NCBI RefSeq assembly: GCF_963921235.1
Contig: NC_086097.1
Coordinates: 218,428,001-218,492,000, forward strand
Length of the DNA: 64,000 nt
From: Mobula hypostoma
Lineage: Eukaryota
Direction: 5' to 3'
Both the position numbers and the translations under genes were made by a program. Under the pieces are notes generated by a model, which was given only the letters and a program-made list of their open reading frames with translations, did not search any database and was not told the DNA's origin. The first letter of the stretch is position 1; each line of letters opens with the position of its first letter. This document shows, in pieces, positions 21,960 through 34,124 of the stretch.

Positions 21960-24320
21960 AAAGAAATGGGTGTTTTGAGTGAGACTTGCGTGACTGTGTC
22001 TCGTCACAATCTCTTAAGATTGTTTACCTATCTCCTTTACTGATTCCGGTGAGGGTGGAAATATTTGATGAATGAGAGAGAGAGAAAAAAGTTTTTTCCC
22101 TTCCCAGTTTATTCCATCTGACTGCCGCAAGCAGCATTCAAGTCAACACAGACCGCCTGCTCTCCTTGGCCTCTCTGCCCTCCCATCTCCACAGCAGCCT
22201 TGATTTATTGGAGTCGTCCAGCTGACGGGAAGCCAGCCCCCTCCCCCTCTCACCTCTTAAACATTCTGCTGAAACTCGCCGAAATCCTGGGAAAACAATG
22301 CTCCCTTTCCCTCGTGTTGACGAGTTTAGACCCCTGAAGTGAGGGGAGGAAGCGGCGAACCAGACAACTGTGAAGTGGTACATTCACCATTGGAATAAAT
22401 ACAGAAGTAAAATGACCGAGGAGGGGAAGTCGGAGAGTAAAGGAGAAATTAGCGGCAAAGATTTGGAAAAACAGCTTCGTCTTCGTGTTTGTGTTTTAAC
22501 CGAAATCCTGAAGACTGAGAGAGATTACGTGGAGACTCTGGAGTTCCTCGTCTCGGTAAGTTTATTCTCTAGTCCCTCTCCAACTTTAGGACGTTTCATG
22601 GACCAGTTTAAATTACAGTTTCATTCATGTTTGTTTTTGTTCATTTAGTCTCGGCACCAAGAATCGAGAAACTGCGCAGTGTCAGGTTGAATGGCAAGGT
22701 TTGGGCAGCACAATGTTGCTGCTATTTGTGAAAGTGATGCTGTAAATCTTGTCGGGTGATCGTTATAACCGCATCATTGAATTCTTTAATACGGATTTGC
22801 TGAACATTTGAAGAATAAACACCTTTCCTATACTCAATTTGGTGTACAGGAGTAAAATAAATCTCTGGGTGAGAGCACTTTGTGATTATCTATCACCCGT
22901 CCTCACTCCTATAAACTGCATTTTTTTTTGTTTTGGGTTTAAGTCCCAACAAGTTTCTCGTATTACAGTGATACCTGTAAACTCCATCTGTGCCAAGGCA
23001 GATTTCTTTTTGAACGTCTAATAAAACAGAAATATCTGGTATGGTCCTGATCTTCTTGTTGCGATAGTTGAGGTTTCTGCTTTCAGGCACTTCGACAACT
23101 AAATATTGGATCGCTGTTGCGGACACGGTCTACGGGTTCTGTCTCCCATGTTGCTGCTTGTCCTGATCGTCTCTCTAATTGAGCGCAGCCGTTCCGCTGT
23201 TTCACATTATGGCGATGGCAAACTCGGCTTAACATAAACGTTTAGGTGGCTTCTGTGAATAGCGAAAATTCCTACCCAGATTTATCAGTGGAAACTGTGC
23301 AGATGGTGGGAAACTTGCAGAGAGGAACCCTGCGGGAAATGCTTGGAAAGGCGATTTTGGCTTTTCTGTGATTAGGGAGGAAATGACGCGAATCCCGAGA
23401 ATTTGGAGTCTATTTATATAAACTTTATTTCCTGATTTAAGGGCTCCCCGAGGGATTCTGAAGGAGTCCAGACAATAGGCTGTGAAATTGTCGGTATCCT
23501 GAAGGAAAAGTGACATTATTTTGGAAGCTTTTGACTGTTTTGTGAAGTTCAGAGACGCATTTGATCGGCATCTTACTGCACGGTTCAATGCGGGAAGTCG
23601 TTGAAAAAGTGTAATAATCCCGAAAATGAGCGACTCGCATAACATTTGACCGCCTAACTGGCCAATTCGCAAACTTACCGTCAATACGTACAAGTTAATA
23701 TTGACGCTGCAAAGATAAGCTCTTCTAAGTCCGTCTTCAAATAAACGTAGAGGCAGATCTACACTAACCCTTACCAACCCAGGAATTTGTTTCTACCCTC
23801 TGATTGTATAATCAAATCCTCCCACTGAATCCTCCCGCTACTTTTATAAACTTGCCAGAAATAATCTCTATAACAAACTGCGATGCAAGTCCCACATTTC
23901 CGTGATACATTCCCAAGTCCATATTTATCGGGAATTGCCAGTGTCAAATTGTCACGCTGTTGTACATTCACTCTCCGGTGAAGGCGATGAGGCGCCGTGG
24001 AATTATGTCTATCTGTTTCCGAGTCCGCTCCATAATCCATCCAGTTTCCCTGCTTCCCAACATTTATATGCGTTTTGCTAGTTAACAACAACTGAAATCA
24101 AAATTACTGTCGTAATTTAAAGTGAAGCATGAATTCTGCGAATTACGACTGCACACGTCTTTTCAATTATCCAACCTCCTCTAATTCTGCTTAATTTGAA
24201 CAAAGGTCTCAACCGCTTGTCTGCAATCCTATCGAAGAACACTGTGAGTGATAAATTACAAATGATCTGTCAGTGTGTCCTTCTGATCTGCGAAAACGTT
24301 TCAAATGCCACATTTAGATT
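21960..24320. promoter_or_regulatory. Repeat-free, CpG-retaining region around PREX2 exon 1 (promoter/CpG-island-like)
   Basis: No recognisable repeats and visibly more CpG than other unique DNA in the window (for example 46400-47300). Not quantified. Confidence 0.55.
22412..22555 (+). CDS. PREX2: PIP3-dependent Rac exchanger 2, coding exon 1 (N-terminus and start of DH domain)
   Basis: [48 protein letters not shown] matches human PREX2 [47 protein letters not shown]. Phase-0 GTAAGT donor at 22556. The CPA6 neighbour and short N-terminus favour PREX2 over PREX1. Confidence 0.95.
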
Positions 24321-24682
24321 AAACTATCGAGTCTACACTTGACAGTTCAAGGGCACACAAGACGATATGCACAGAGTATAAAAAAGATGAAGCAACGTGG
24401 GAGAATCATAACTTAACATCAGGGCAGAATGTGAAAATTAGTGAAAGAAGGAATTGAATCTTAGAACTGAAATAAGATGAGCAATCAGCAATAAACTGTA
24501 AATTCACCTTTAGCTATGGGAAAACTAACAAAAGCAAGAATTGGTGATAGAAGAATTGAACACTTCGGACAAGTGCTGACCAGAGACGGTCAGCATATAC
24601 TTGAGAAGGGTAAACTATGCCTGGCTAATTGAGAGTTGAACTTTTGAGGAGGTCATTTGCATGGTGGATGGGAAGGCAGTGA

Positions 24683-27600
24683 AACAGAAACATAGAAAAC
24701 CTACAGCACAATACAGGCCCATCGGCCCACAATGCTGTGCTGAACATGAACTTACTTTAGAAATTACCTAGGGTTTATCATAACCCTATACTTTTCTAAG
24801 CTCCATGTACCTATCCAGGAGTCTCTTAAAAGACCCTATTGTATCGGCCTCCACCATCGTCGCTGGCAGCCCATTCCACGCACTCACCACTCTCTGCATG
24901 GAAAAAAACTTACCCGTGACATCTCCTCTGTACCTACTTCTAAGCACCTGAAAACTCTGCCCTCTTGTGCTAGCCATTTCAGTCCTGGGAAAAAGCCTCT
25001 GAGTATCCACATGATCAATGCCTCTCATCACCTTATACACCTCTATCAGGTCACCTCTCATCCTCTGTCGCTCCAAGGAGAAAAAGCCGAGTTCACTCAA
25101 CCTATTCTCATAAGGCATGCTCCCCAATCCAGGCAAAATCCTTGTAAATCTCCTCTGCACCCTTTCTATAGTTTCCACATCCTTTCTGTAGTGAAGTGAC
25201 CAGAACTGAGCACAGTACTCCAAGTGGGGTCTGTCAAGGGTCCTATACAGCTGTAACATTACCTCTCGGCTTTTGAATTCAGTCCCAGGGTTGATAAAGG
25301 ACAATGCACCATATGCCTTCTTAACCATGCAGTCAATCTGCGCAGCAGCTTTGAGTGTCCTACGGACTCGGACCCCAAGATCCCTCTGATCAAGAGTCTT
25401 ACCATTAATGCTATATTCTGCCATCATATTTGACCTACCAAAATGAACCACCTCACACTTATTTGGTTTAAAGTCCATCTGCTACTTAGCCCAGTTTTGC
25501 ATCCTATCGATGTCCCGCTGTAACCTCTGACAGCCCTCCACACTATCCAGAACAACCCCGACCTTTAGCATCATCATGGAAAAGGATAGAATCAGAGAGG
25601 ACAGGAAAATAAGGCTATAAGGCTAGAACTTGTGGGTGTGAATTGGGATGATGTTTTTGCAGGAAATTGTACTACGGACATGTGGTCAATGTTTAGGGAT
25701 CTCTTGCAGGATGTTAGGGATAAATTTGTCCCGGTGAGGAAGATAAAGAATGGTAGGGTGAAGGAACCATGGGTGACAAGTGAGGTGAAAAATCTAGTCA
25801 GGTGGAAGAAGGCAGCATACATGAGGTTTAGGAAGCAAGGATCAGATGGGTCTATTGAGGAATATAGGGAAGCATGAAAGCAGCTTAAGAAGGGGCTGAG
25901 AAAAGCAAGAAAGGGGCATGAGAAGGCCTTGGTGAGTAGGGTAAAGGAAAACCCCAAGGTATTCTTCAATTATGTGAAGAACAAAAGGATGACAGGAGTG
26001 AAGGTAGGACCGATTAGAGATAAAAGTGGGAAGATGTGCCTGGAGGCTGTGGAAGTGAGCGAGGTCCTCAATGAATACTTCTCTTAGGTATTCACCAATG
26101 AGAGGGAACTTGATGATGGTGAGGACAATATGAGTGAGGTTGATGTTCTGAAGCATGTTGATATGAATGGAGAGGAGGTGTTGGAGTTGTTAAAATACAT
26201 TAGGACGGATAAGTCCCCAGGGTCTGATGGAATATTTCCCAGGCTGCTCCACGAGGCGAGGGAAGAGATTGCTGAGTCTCTGGATAGGATCTTTATGTCC
26301 TCGTTGTCCACGGGAATGGTGCCGGAGGATTGGAGGGAGGCGAATGTTGTCCCCTTGTTCAAAAAGGGTAGTAGGGATAGTCCAGGTAATTATAGACCAG
26401 TGGTGGGAAAGCTTACATCTGTGGTGGGAAAGCTGTTGGAAAAGATTCTTAGAGATAGGATCTATAGGCATTTAGAGAATCATGGTCTGATCAGGGACAG
26501 TCAGCATGGCTTTGTGAAGGGCAGATTGTGTCTAACAAGCCTGATAGAGTTCTTTGAGGAGGTGACCAGGCATACAGATGATGGTAGTTCAGTGAATGTG
26601 ATCTATATGGATTTTAGTAAGGCATTTGACAAGGTTCCACATGGTAGGCTTATTCAGAAAGTCAGAAGAAATGGGATACAGGGAAGTTTGTCCAGGTGGA
26701 TTCAGAATTAGCTTGCCTGCAGAAGGCAGAGGGTCGTGGTGGAGGGAGTACATTCAGATTGGAGGATTGTGACTAGTGGTGTCCCACAAGGATCTGTTCT
26801 GGAACATCTACTTTTCATGACTTTTATTAACAACCTGGATGTGGGGGTAGAAGGGTGGGTTGGCAAGTTTGCAGACGACACAAAGGTTGGTGGTGTTGTA
26901 GATAGTGTAGAGGATTGTCAAAGATTGCAGAGAAACATTGATAGGATGCAGGAGTGGGCTGAGAAGTGGCAGATGGAGTTCAACCCGGAGAAGTGTGAGG
27001 TGGTACACTTTGGAAGGATAAACTCCAAGGCAGAGTACAAAGTAAATGGCAGGATACTTGGTAGTGTGGAGGAGCAGAGGGATCTCGGGGTACATGTCCA
27101 CAGATCTCTGAAAGTTGCCTCACAGGTAGATAGGGTAGTTAAGAAAACTTATGGGGTGTTAGCTTTCATAAGTTGAGGGATAGAGTTTAAGAGTCGCGAT
27201 GTAATGATGCAGCTCTATAAAACTCTGGTTAGGCCACACTTGGAGTACTGTGTCCATTTCTGGTCACCTCACTATAGGAAGGATGTGGAAGCATTGAAAA
27301 GGGTACAGGGGAGATTTACCAGGATGCTGCCTGGTTTAAAGAGTATGCATTATGATCAGAGATTAAGGGAGCTAGGGCTTTACTCTCTGGAGAGAAGGAG
27401 GATGAGAGGAGACATGATAGAGGTGTACAAGATAATAAGAGGAATAGATAGAGTGGATAGCCAGCGCCTCTTCCCCAGGGCACCACTGCTCAATACAAGA
27501 GGACATGGCTTTAAGGTAAGGGGTGGGAAGTTCAAGGGGGATATTAGAGGAAGGTTTTTTACTCAGAGAGTGGTTGGTGCGTGGAATGCACTGCCTGAGT

Positions 27601-28222
27601 CAGTGGTGGAGGCAGATACACTAGTGAAGTTTAAGAGACTACTAGACAGGTATATGGAGGAATTTAAGGTGGGGGGTTATATGGGAGGCAGGGTTTGAGG
27701 GTCGGCACAACATTGTGGGCCGAAGGGCCTGTAATGTGCTGTACTGTTCTATGTTCTATGTTCTATGTCATCAGCAAATTTACTAACCCATCCCTCGACT
27801 TCCTCATCCAGGTCATTTATGAAAATCACAAAGAGTAGGGGTCCCAGAACAGATCCCTGAGGCACACCACTGCTCACCGATCTCCATGCAGAATATGACC
27901 CGCCTACAACCATTCTTTGCCTTCTGTGGGCAAGCCAATTCTGAATCCACAAAGGAAGGTCCCCTTGGATCCCATGCCTCCTTACTTTCTCAATAAGCCT
28001 TGCATGGGGTACCTTATCAAGTGCCTTGCTGAAACCCATATACACTACATCTACTGCTCTACCTTCATCAATGTGCTTAGTCACATCCTCAAAAAATTCA
28101 ATCAGGCTTGTAAGGCATGACCTGCACTTGACAAAGCCATGCTGACTATTCCTAATCATATTATGCCTCTCCAGATGTTCATAAATCCTGCCTCTCAGGG
28201 TCTTCTCCATCAATTTACCAAT
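24683..28222 (-). mobile_element. CR1 LINE (family A), 5'-truncated, split by a plus-strand CR1
   Basis: ORFs 27749-28264 ([21 protein letters not shown]) and 24786-25478 (RPHLEYCAQFWS) are collinear. Tail (CTATGTTT) at 24683-24700. Confidence 0.93.
25562..27766 (+). mobile_element. CR1 LINE (family C), ORF2 linker+RT with several stops, (ATGTTCT)n tail
   Basis: ORFs 26130-26711, 26736-27176 and 27204-27698 carry RT motifs. Near-identical to 43575-45790 in inverted orientation. Confidence 0.95.
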
Positions 28223-29039
28223 GAAATGGTTGTGAAGGTATTTGATAAGACTCTGCGCAAGCACTTTAACAAAAATAAAGACGTAATCTTGTGATGGGTT
28301 GGGATATATGCAATTAAATCAAGACTATGGGGAATGCTTTTACTTGATCTCCACTTTTCTATGTTATCTACTGAGAAATGAGATGAAGGAATGAAGAATG
28401 GCTACTGAAGATATGCTGTACTTTTCTATGACTCTGTAAGCTTGATTTCGATGTTTAAAAGAAGCTTGGATAGGTACGTGGATGGTAGGGTAATGGAGGG
28501 TTATGGTCCCAGTGGAGGTCGATAGGAGTAAGCAGTTTAAATGGTTTGGCACATACTAGATGGGCCAAAGGGCCTGTTTCCATGCGGTACATTTCTATCA
28601 CTCTGTGATTCTAATATCGCTATGCCATCTTGTCGCAGCTAGTATGGAAGTAGCTCTGGAAGTCTCACATCACCAGACTGAAGTACAGCTGCACAACCCT
28701 AATCACCTCAGTATAGCAACACAATGACTGCTTTGTACTATGATGGTCTTTGTTTTGTTCTGTTTTACTTGTATTAGTATCATTATTTTTGTTATTTATG
28801 TATTTCTTGTGAATGTTTTGTATATGTGATGTCATTGTAAGTATTTCATTGCACCTGTGCAGACAAGTTCTTGTGTGTATGGCAATAAACTCAACTTTAT
28901 TGAGACACTGTTAGGAAGTAACATTAGTTATCTGAATATGGAAGGAAATTGTAATTGAACATACACATGATCTGTAGATGTGTATAAACTGAGTTGTGAA
29001 ATTATAGAAAATAGATTTAAGAACATTAGAGTCAATGAA

Positions 29040-29950
29040 ATAGTAGAGTAGAATAACAAGAATAGGTCTTATGGCCTCTCGAGTCTCTTGCACTATCAAT
29101 GAGATTGTGCCTTATCTGACCTTCAAGTTAGCTCTACTTTCCTGCCAGTTTCTCATAACCTTTGATTGCCCTTTGGCCTCAAAAGATACCTTTCTCAGTC
29201 TTGAAATATATTCAGCGAAGTAGCTTCCATGGCTCCCTGGAGTGGAGAATTATAAAGATATGCAATCCTCTAATAATAGAAATTCCTTCCTATCTCATAA
29301 ATAGCGCATCCCCTCCCCACTCGATTCTGGGCCATCAGTTCTAGATTTCCTGTCAATGTGGAACATCCTTTCAGTATTTGTATTATTAAGCTCACTTGGA
29401 ATCTTTATGTTTCAGTAAGATCTCTGAGCAGCTACAGCCTCCTCAACCTTATCTTCTAAGATATATTCTTTCTTCTGGAATCAACCGAATGAAACTTTCC
29501 TGTGCTGCCTCCTCAATTAGAAGTATATTCCTCCTTAAATAAGAAGAATGAGACATGTCCCCTCCTACGTGTGCACACTGACTCCAGCGCTCCAGGTGTG
29601 GTCTCCCCAATACTCTACAGTTGAAGCAAGACTTTCCTAATTTTTAAATTCCATCCCCTTGATGTAAAGCCCAATATCCTGATTTATTTCCTAATTATCT
29701 GTTGTAACCATGCTTTATGTGTAAGGACAATCAGGCCCATCTGAACAGGTGCATTCTGCAATCTCTTTCTACTTAAATAGTAATCTACCTTTCAAATCTG
29801 ATTACATTTTCTCACATTATATTGCATCTGCCAAATTGACTCAATTAAACAATCTATCCCTTTGTAGATTATCTGAATTCTCTTCTTAACTTGCTTTCCC
29901 TTCTGACCGGTTTTTGCAAATTTGGCTACACTGCACTCTGTTCACTTCAT
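29040..29950 (-). mobile_element. Old, highly decayed CR1 fragment
   Basis: Residual motifs such as ctccaggtgtggtctc and ccacattatattgcatctgccaa-like segments. Confidence 0.6.
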
Positions 29951-30103
29951 CTAAATCATAACTATAGTTTGCAGATTGTTGAGGCCCTTGAATGGACTTG
30001 CTTAGAATCACCTTGGAGGGCTATAGTCCTGGTGTATGTCAATGTGAGTAGGCAGTTTAAATGGTTTTTTAAATGGATGGGCTGAAGGGCCTGTTTCTGA
30101 GCA

Positions 30104-30300
30104 GTACAAGGGGTGATTGATAAGTTTGTGGCCTAAGGTAGAAGGAGTCAATTTTAGAAAACCTGGCACGTTTATTTTCCCTACATTTGCACACTGAGTC
30201 CAGTGGTTGTGGAGCATACGGATCCCTTCTTTGTAGAAGTCGGCATCTTGGACCTCCAGAAGTGGTCCACAGCAGGGGTGATTGATAAGTTAGTGACCTA
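30104..30300. mobile_element. Mariner-like MITE fragment
   Basis: TA followed by CAAGGGGTGATTGATAAGTTTGTGGCCTAA (mariner-like TIR). GGGGTGATTGATAAGTT is repeated directly at ~30275. Right end missing. Confidence 0.6.
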
Positions 30301-32935
30301 ACATGGAAAAAGATGGAATATGGTGTAGGGAAAAGTGTCTGTTCATGCACTTTGGAAGGAATAACGATATAGACTATTTTGCAAATAGGGTGAAAATTCA
30401 AAAATCAGAGTTGTAAATGGACTTGAAAGTCCTTCTGTAGGATTCCCTAAAGGTTAACTTGCAGATTGAGTTGGTGGTAAGGAAGGCAAATGCAATGCTG
30501 ACATTCATTTTGGGAGGACTAGAATATGAGTGGAAGGATATAATGCTGAGGCTTTACAAGGCATTGGTCAGACTGTTCTTGGAGGGCATTCATGGATGAC
30601 CTCACAGTCACCACAGAATCAGTCCCAGGCTTCCGGAGAATTCTGCAAGGGCTTGAAAAGCTGGTGGAGTGGGCCCGGATGCATTTCAAACCTGCTAAAT
30701 CAAGATCGATGGTGCTGAGGAAAGGGAAGGTGGAGAACAAGTTCCGGTTCAGCATCGCAGGCACAGCCATCCCAACCATCACAGAGCCAGTCAAGAGCTT
30801 AGGCAAAGTTTTTGACCGCTCTTTAAGGGACACAACATCCGTTCAGGTGACCTGCACCGAGTTGGATGGCTGGCTGAAATCTGTGGACAAGCCTGGCCTA
30901 CCTGGGAATTTAAAGCCTGGGTGTATCAGCATGGCATTCTTCCCAGAATCCTGTGGCCCCTCCTCATCTATGCAGTTCCGATCTCAACAGTTGAAACCTT
31001 AGAGAGGAGGGTTAGCAACCACCTCAGGAGATGGCTGGGGCTGCCAAAGAGCCTGAGCAGCATCGCACTCTATGGACACCACAACAAACTGCAACTGCCC
31101 TTCAAATCCTTGGAGGAAGAATTCAAGGTAATAAGAGCCAGAGAAGTGCTACAGTATAGGGACTCAAGTAACCTGAAGGTGGCTTGAGCAGGGATCCAAG
31201 TAAGTACCGGCAGGAAGTGGAGGGCAGAGGAAGCTGTTCAGGAGGCAAAGGCGAGGCTGCGTCACAGGAGGCTGGTGGGAGTGGTCACACGAGGCCGAGC
31301 TGGGCTAGGATCCTTTCCAACTCCCCAAATGGACATCAGAGGGAAGGAAAGGCGTCGTCTAGTTCACGAGGAAGTGAGGGCAGTAGTGGAGGCGATGAGA
31401 GCCTGCAAGGCGGTGGGAATGAAGCAACAGGGAGCTTGGACAAGATGGGAGAATGCGGTTGAGAGGAAAATGACCTGGGCTCATCTTTGGAAAGCCGAAC
31501 CACACCGCATCCAATTTCTCATCCAGGCAGTGTACAATGTGCTTCCAAGCCCATCAAACCTGCACACATGGGGCAAGGCAGAGTCATCTGCGTGCCTACT
31601 GTGCTCCAAGCGAGGAACCCTGGAGCACATCCTCAGCGGCTGTGCAAGAGCACTTGGTGAGGGACAGTACAGGTGGAGGCATGATCAGGTCCTGAAGACC
31701 ATCGCTGAAGCCGTCAGCGCAGGAGTTGAGTGGGCGAAGCGGTCCCGACCCTCCAAGCAGACCATTGCCTTTGTCAGAGCTGGGGAGCAGCCAATACCCG
31801 CCAAAAGAACATCTGCAGGCATTCTGACCTCTGCAAGGGACTGGCAGCTGTTGGTGGACCTCGAAGGGCAGCTGAAGTTCCCCAACCATATCGCAGCCAC
31901 CACCCTGCGACCAGACATTGTCCTAGTGTCCGAGTCTACTAAGCAAGTGGTGCTGCTGGGGCTGACAGTCCCATGGGAAGATAGCTTGGAGGAGGCCTTT
32001 GAAAGGAAGCTTGCCAAGTACGCAGGACTGGTCAGCAACTGTCAGCAGGCTGGATGGAGAGCGAGGTGTCTCCCAGTGGAGGTTGGTTGTAGGGGATTTG
32101 TAGCCCATTCTTTAGTTAGAGCCTTCAGCATTTTGGGCATCGAGGGAGAGAGGAAGAGGAGAGCCATCCGCAGTACCACCGATGCGGCAGAGAGGGCCTC
32201 AAGATGGCTGTGGCTCAGAAGAGGGCAGCCATGGAGTCATAAGTAGCTAGCCATCTGGACACAAGCTGGTGTCTGATCAGCCCCGGCTGGGTCACCTGGA
32301 GGAGAGTGTATGATGTTGAAAGACCTGGAACACCCGATGATTCCAGGAACATCACTGAAGATGTCTCCAGAAGCATCAACAGATGTATGGACACAACAGG
32401 AGTGTTGTGAGCAGTTTTGGGCCCCTTAATTAAGAAAAGATGGGTTGACATTGAAGAGGGTCCAGAGGAGGTTCATGAGAATGATTCTGGGAATGAAAGA
32501 GTTAATGTAATGTTTGATGGCTCTGGGCCTGTATTCATTGGAGTTTAGAAGAATGACGGGGGATCTCATTGAAACCTACTGAAGGCCTCAATAGAGTGGA
32601 TGTGGAGGACACGTTTCCTTTCATGGGTGAGTCTAGGTCCAGAGGGCACAGTCTCAAAATAGAAGGACATCCATTTATTGTGGAGATGAGGAGGAATTTC
32701 TTTAGCCACCTGATGGTGAATCTATGGAATTCCTTGTCACAGATGGCTGTGAAGGCCAAGTTATTGCGTATATTTAAAGAGGAGTTTGATAGGTTCTTGA
32801 TTAGTCATGGTGTCAAAGGTTACAGGGAGAAGGCAGGAGAATGGGGTTGAGAGGGATAATAAATCAGCCATGATAGAATGGTGGAGTAGGCTCAATGGGC
32901 TAAATGGCTTAACTCTGCTCTTATGCCTTGTGGTT
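30301..32935 (+). mobile_element. CR1 (family D) 3' part, host of the Hero-like insertion
   Basis: 30301-30584 and 32403-32935 are collinear with 42170-43000. Confidence 0.9.
30585..32398 (+). mobile_element. Hero-clade (RLE-type) non-LTR retrotransposon, 5'-truncated
   Basis: RT motif AFMDD...FKPAKSRS, then CLLC..GTLEHILSGC knuckle, RWRHDQVL, and RPDIVL...LTVPWE..K..KY restriction-like endonuclease. GGAG flanks both ends (30581-84, 32399-402). Confidence 0.85.
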
Positions 32936-33231
32936 TTAAATTGATGTTCATGCCTTCAGGGTGGAGTCTATGCAGAGGCATAAAGTGAAGCTCCCCCAGT
33001 CTGAGAGTGGCCTCACTGTGATCATAGGGGAGGTCATGTCTGAATAGGAATAGGAAGTAGAATTAAAACAGGTGGCCACCAGGAAATCCCAATGTTTAGT
33101 CTCTGAGAGGGTTGAACAGAGAAACTATTTCCTCCGGCAAGTCTTTCCAGGACAAGGTAGAATGACCTTAAAATTAAGAGTAGATCCAGGAAATACTTTG
33201 GTAAAGAATTGGTAATGGAAATCTGGAAGTG

Positions 33232-33480
33232 TAGCTCAGAATCATGTTTATTATATGATGTCTCATATGATGTGTAATTTATCGTTTCACAGCAGCAGTA
33301 CAAATCAAAGATGTAAACTTACTATAAATTACAATATATCTAAATAGTGCAAAGAAAAGGAATAATGAGGTAGAGTTCATGGAGCGTTCAGTGATCTGTT
33401 GGTAGAGGGGAAGGAGCTGTTTCTGAATCTTTGAATGTGGGCCTTCAGGCTCCTGTACCTTCTCCCTGATGGTAGAAATA
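33232..33480 (-). mobile_element. Rex1-type 3' end
   Basis: tcagaatcatgtttatta tail and ggaaggagctgtttctgaatc...ttcaggctcctgtacc. Confidence 0.75.
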
Positions 33481-34124
33481 AAAAGTCTAACCAATCTTAT
33501 AGAGTTTTTCGAGGAGGTTACCAGAAAGGTTAATGAAGGCAAGGCAGTGGATGTTGTTTACATGGATCTTAGCAAGGCCTTTGACAAGATCCTTCATGGG
33601 CTGTCGGTCAAGAAGGTTCAGTCACTTGCTTTCAAGATGAGGTAGTAAATTTAACGAGACATTGGCTTTGTGGGAGAAGCCGGAGAGTGGTAGTAGATGG
33701 TTGCCTCTCTGACTGGAGGCCTGTGACTAGTGGTTTGCTGCAAGGATCAGTGTTGGTCTATTGTTTGTCATCTATATCAAAGATCTGGAAGATAATGCAG
33801 TAAACTGGATCTGCAAATTTGCAGATGACACCAAGATTGGGACAGTTAGAGAGAGGGAGGAAGGCTATCAAAGCTTGCAGCAGGATTTGGACCAGCTGGA
33901 ATTTAATGCAGTGTGAGGTGTTGAACTTTGGGAGGACAAACCAGTGTAGGTTTACCTGGTGAGCAGTAGGGCACTGAGGGGTGTTGTAGAATAGAGGGTT
34001 CTGGGAATACAGATTCATAATTCCGTGGAAGTTTTGTCATAAGTAGATAGGGTCATAAAGAGAGCTTTTGGCACATTTGCCTTCATAAATCAAAGTATTG
34101 AATATAGGAGCGGGGAATGTTATA

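Noticed and set aside
22370..22648. 92-aa ORF as called, with GTG start and extension past 22555
   Set aside because: PREX2 homology spans only ATG 22412 to the GTAAGT donor at 22556. The rest is UTR and intron.
23229..23777. 182-aa antisense ORF in intron 1
   Set aside because: No recognisable domain and a non-ATG start; consistent with a chance ORF.
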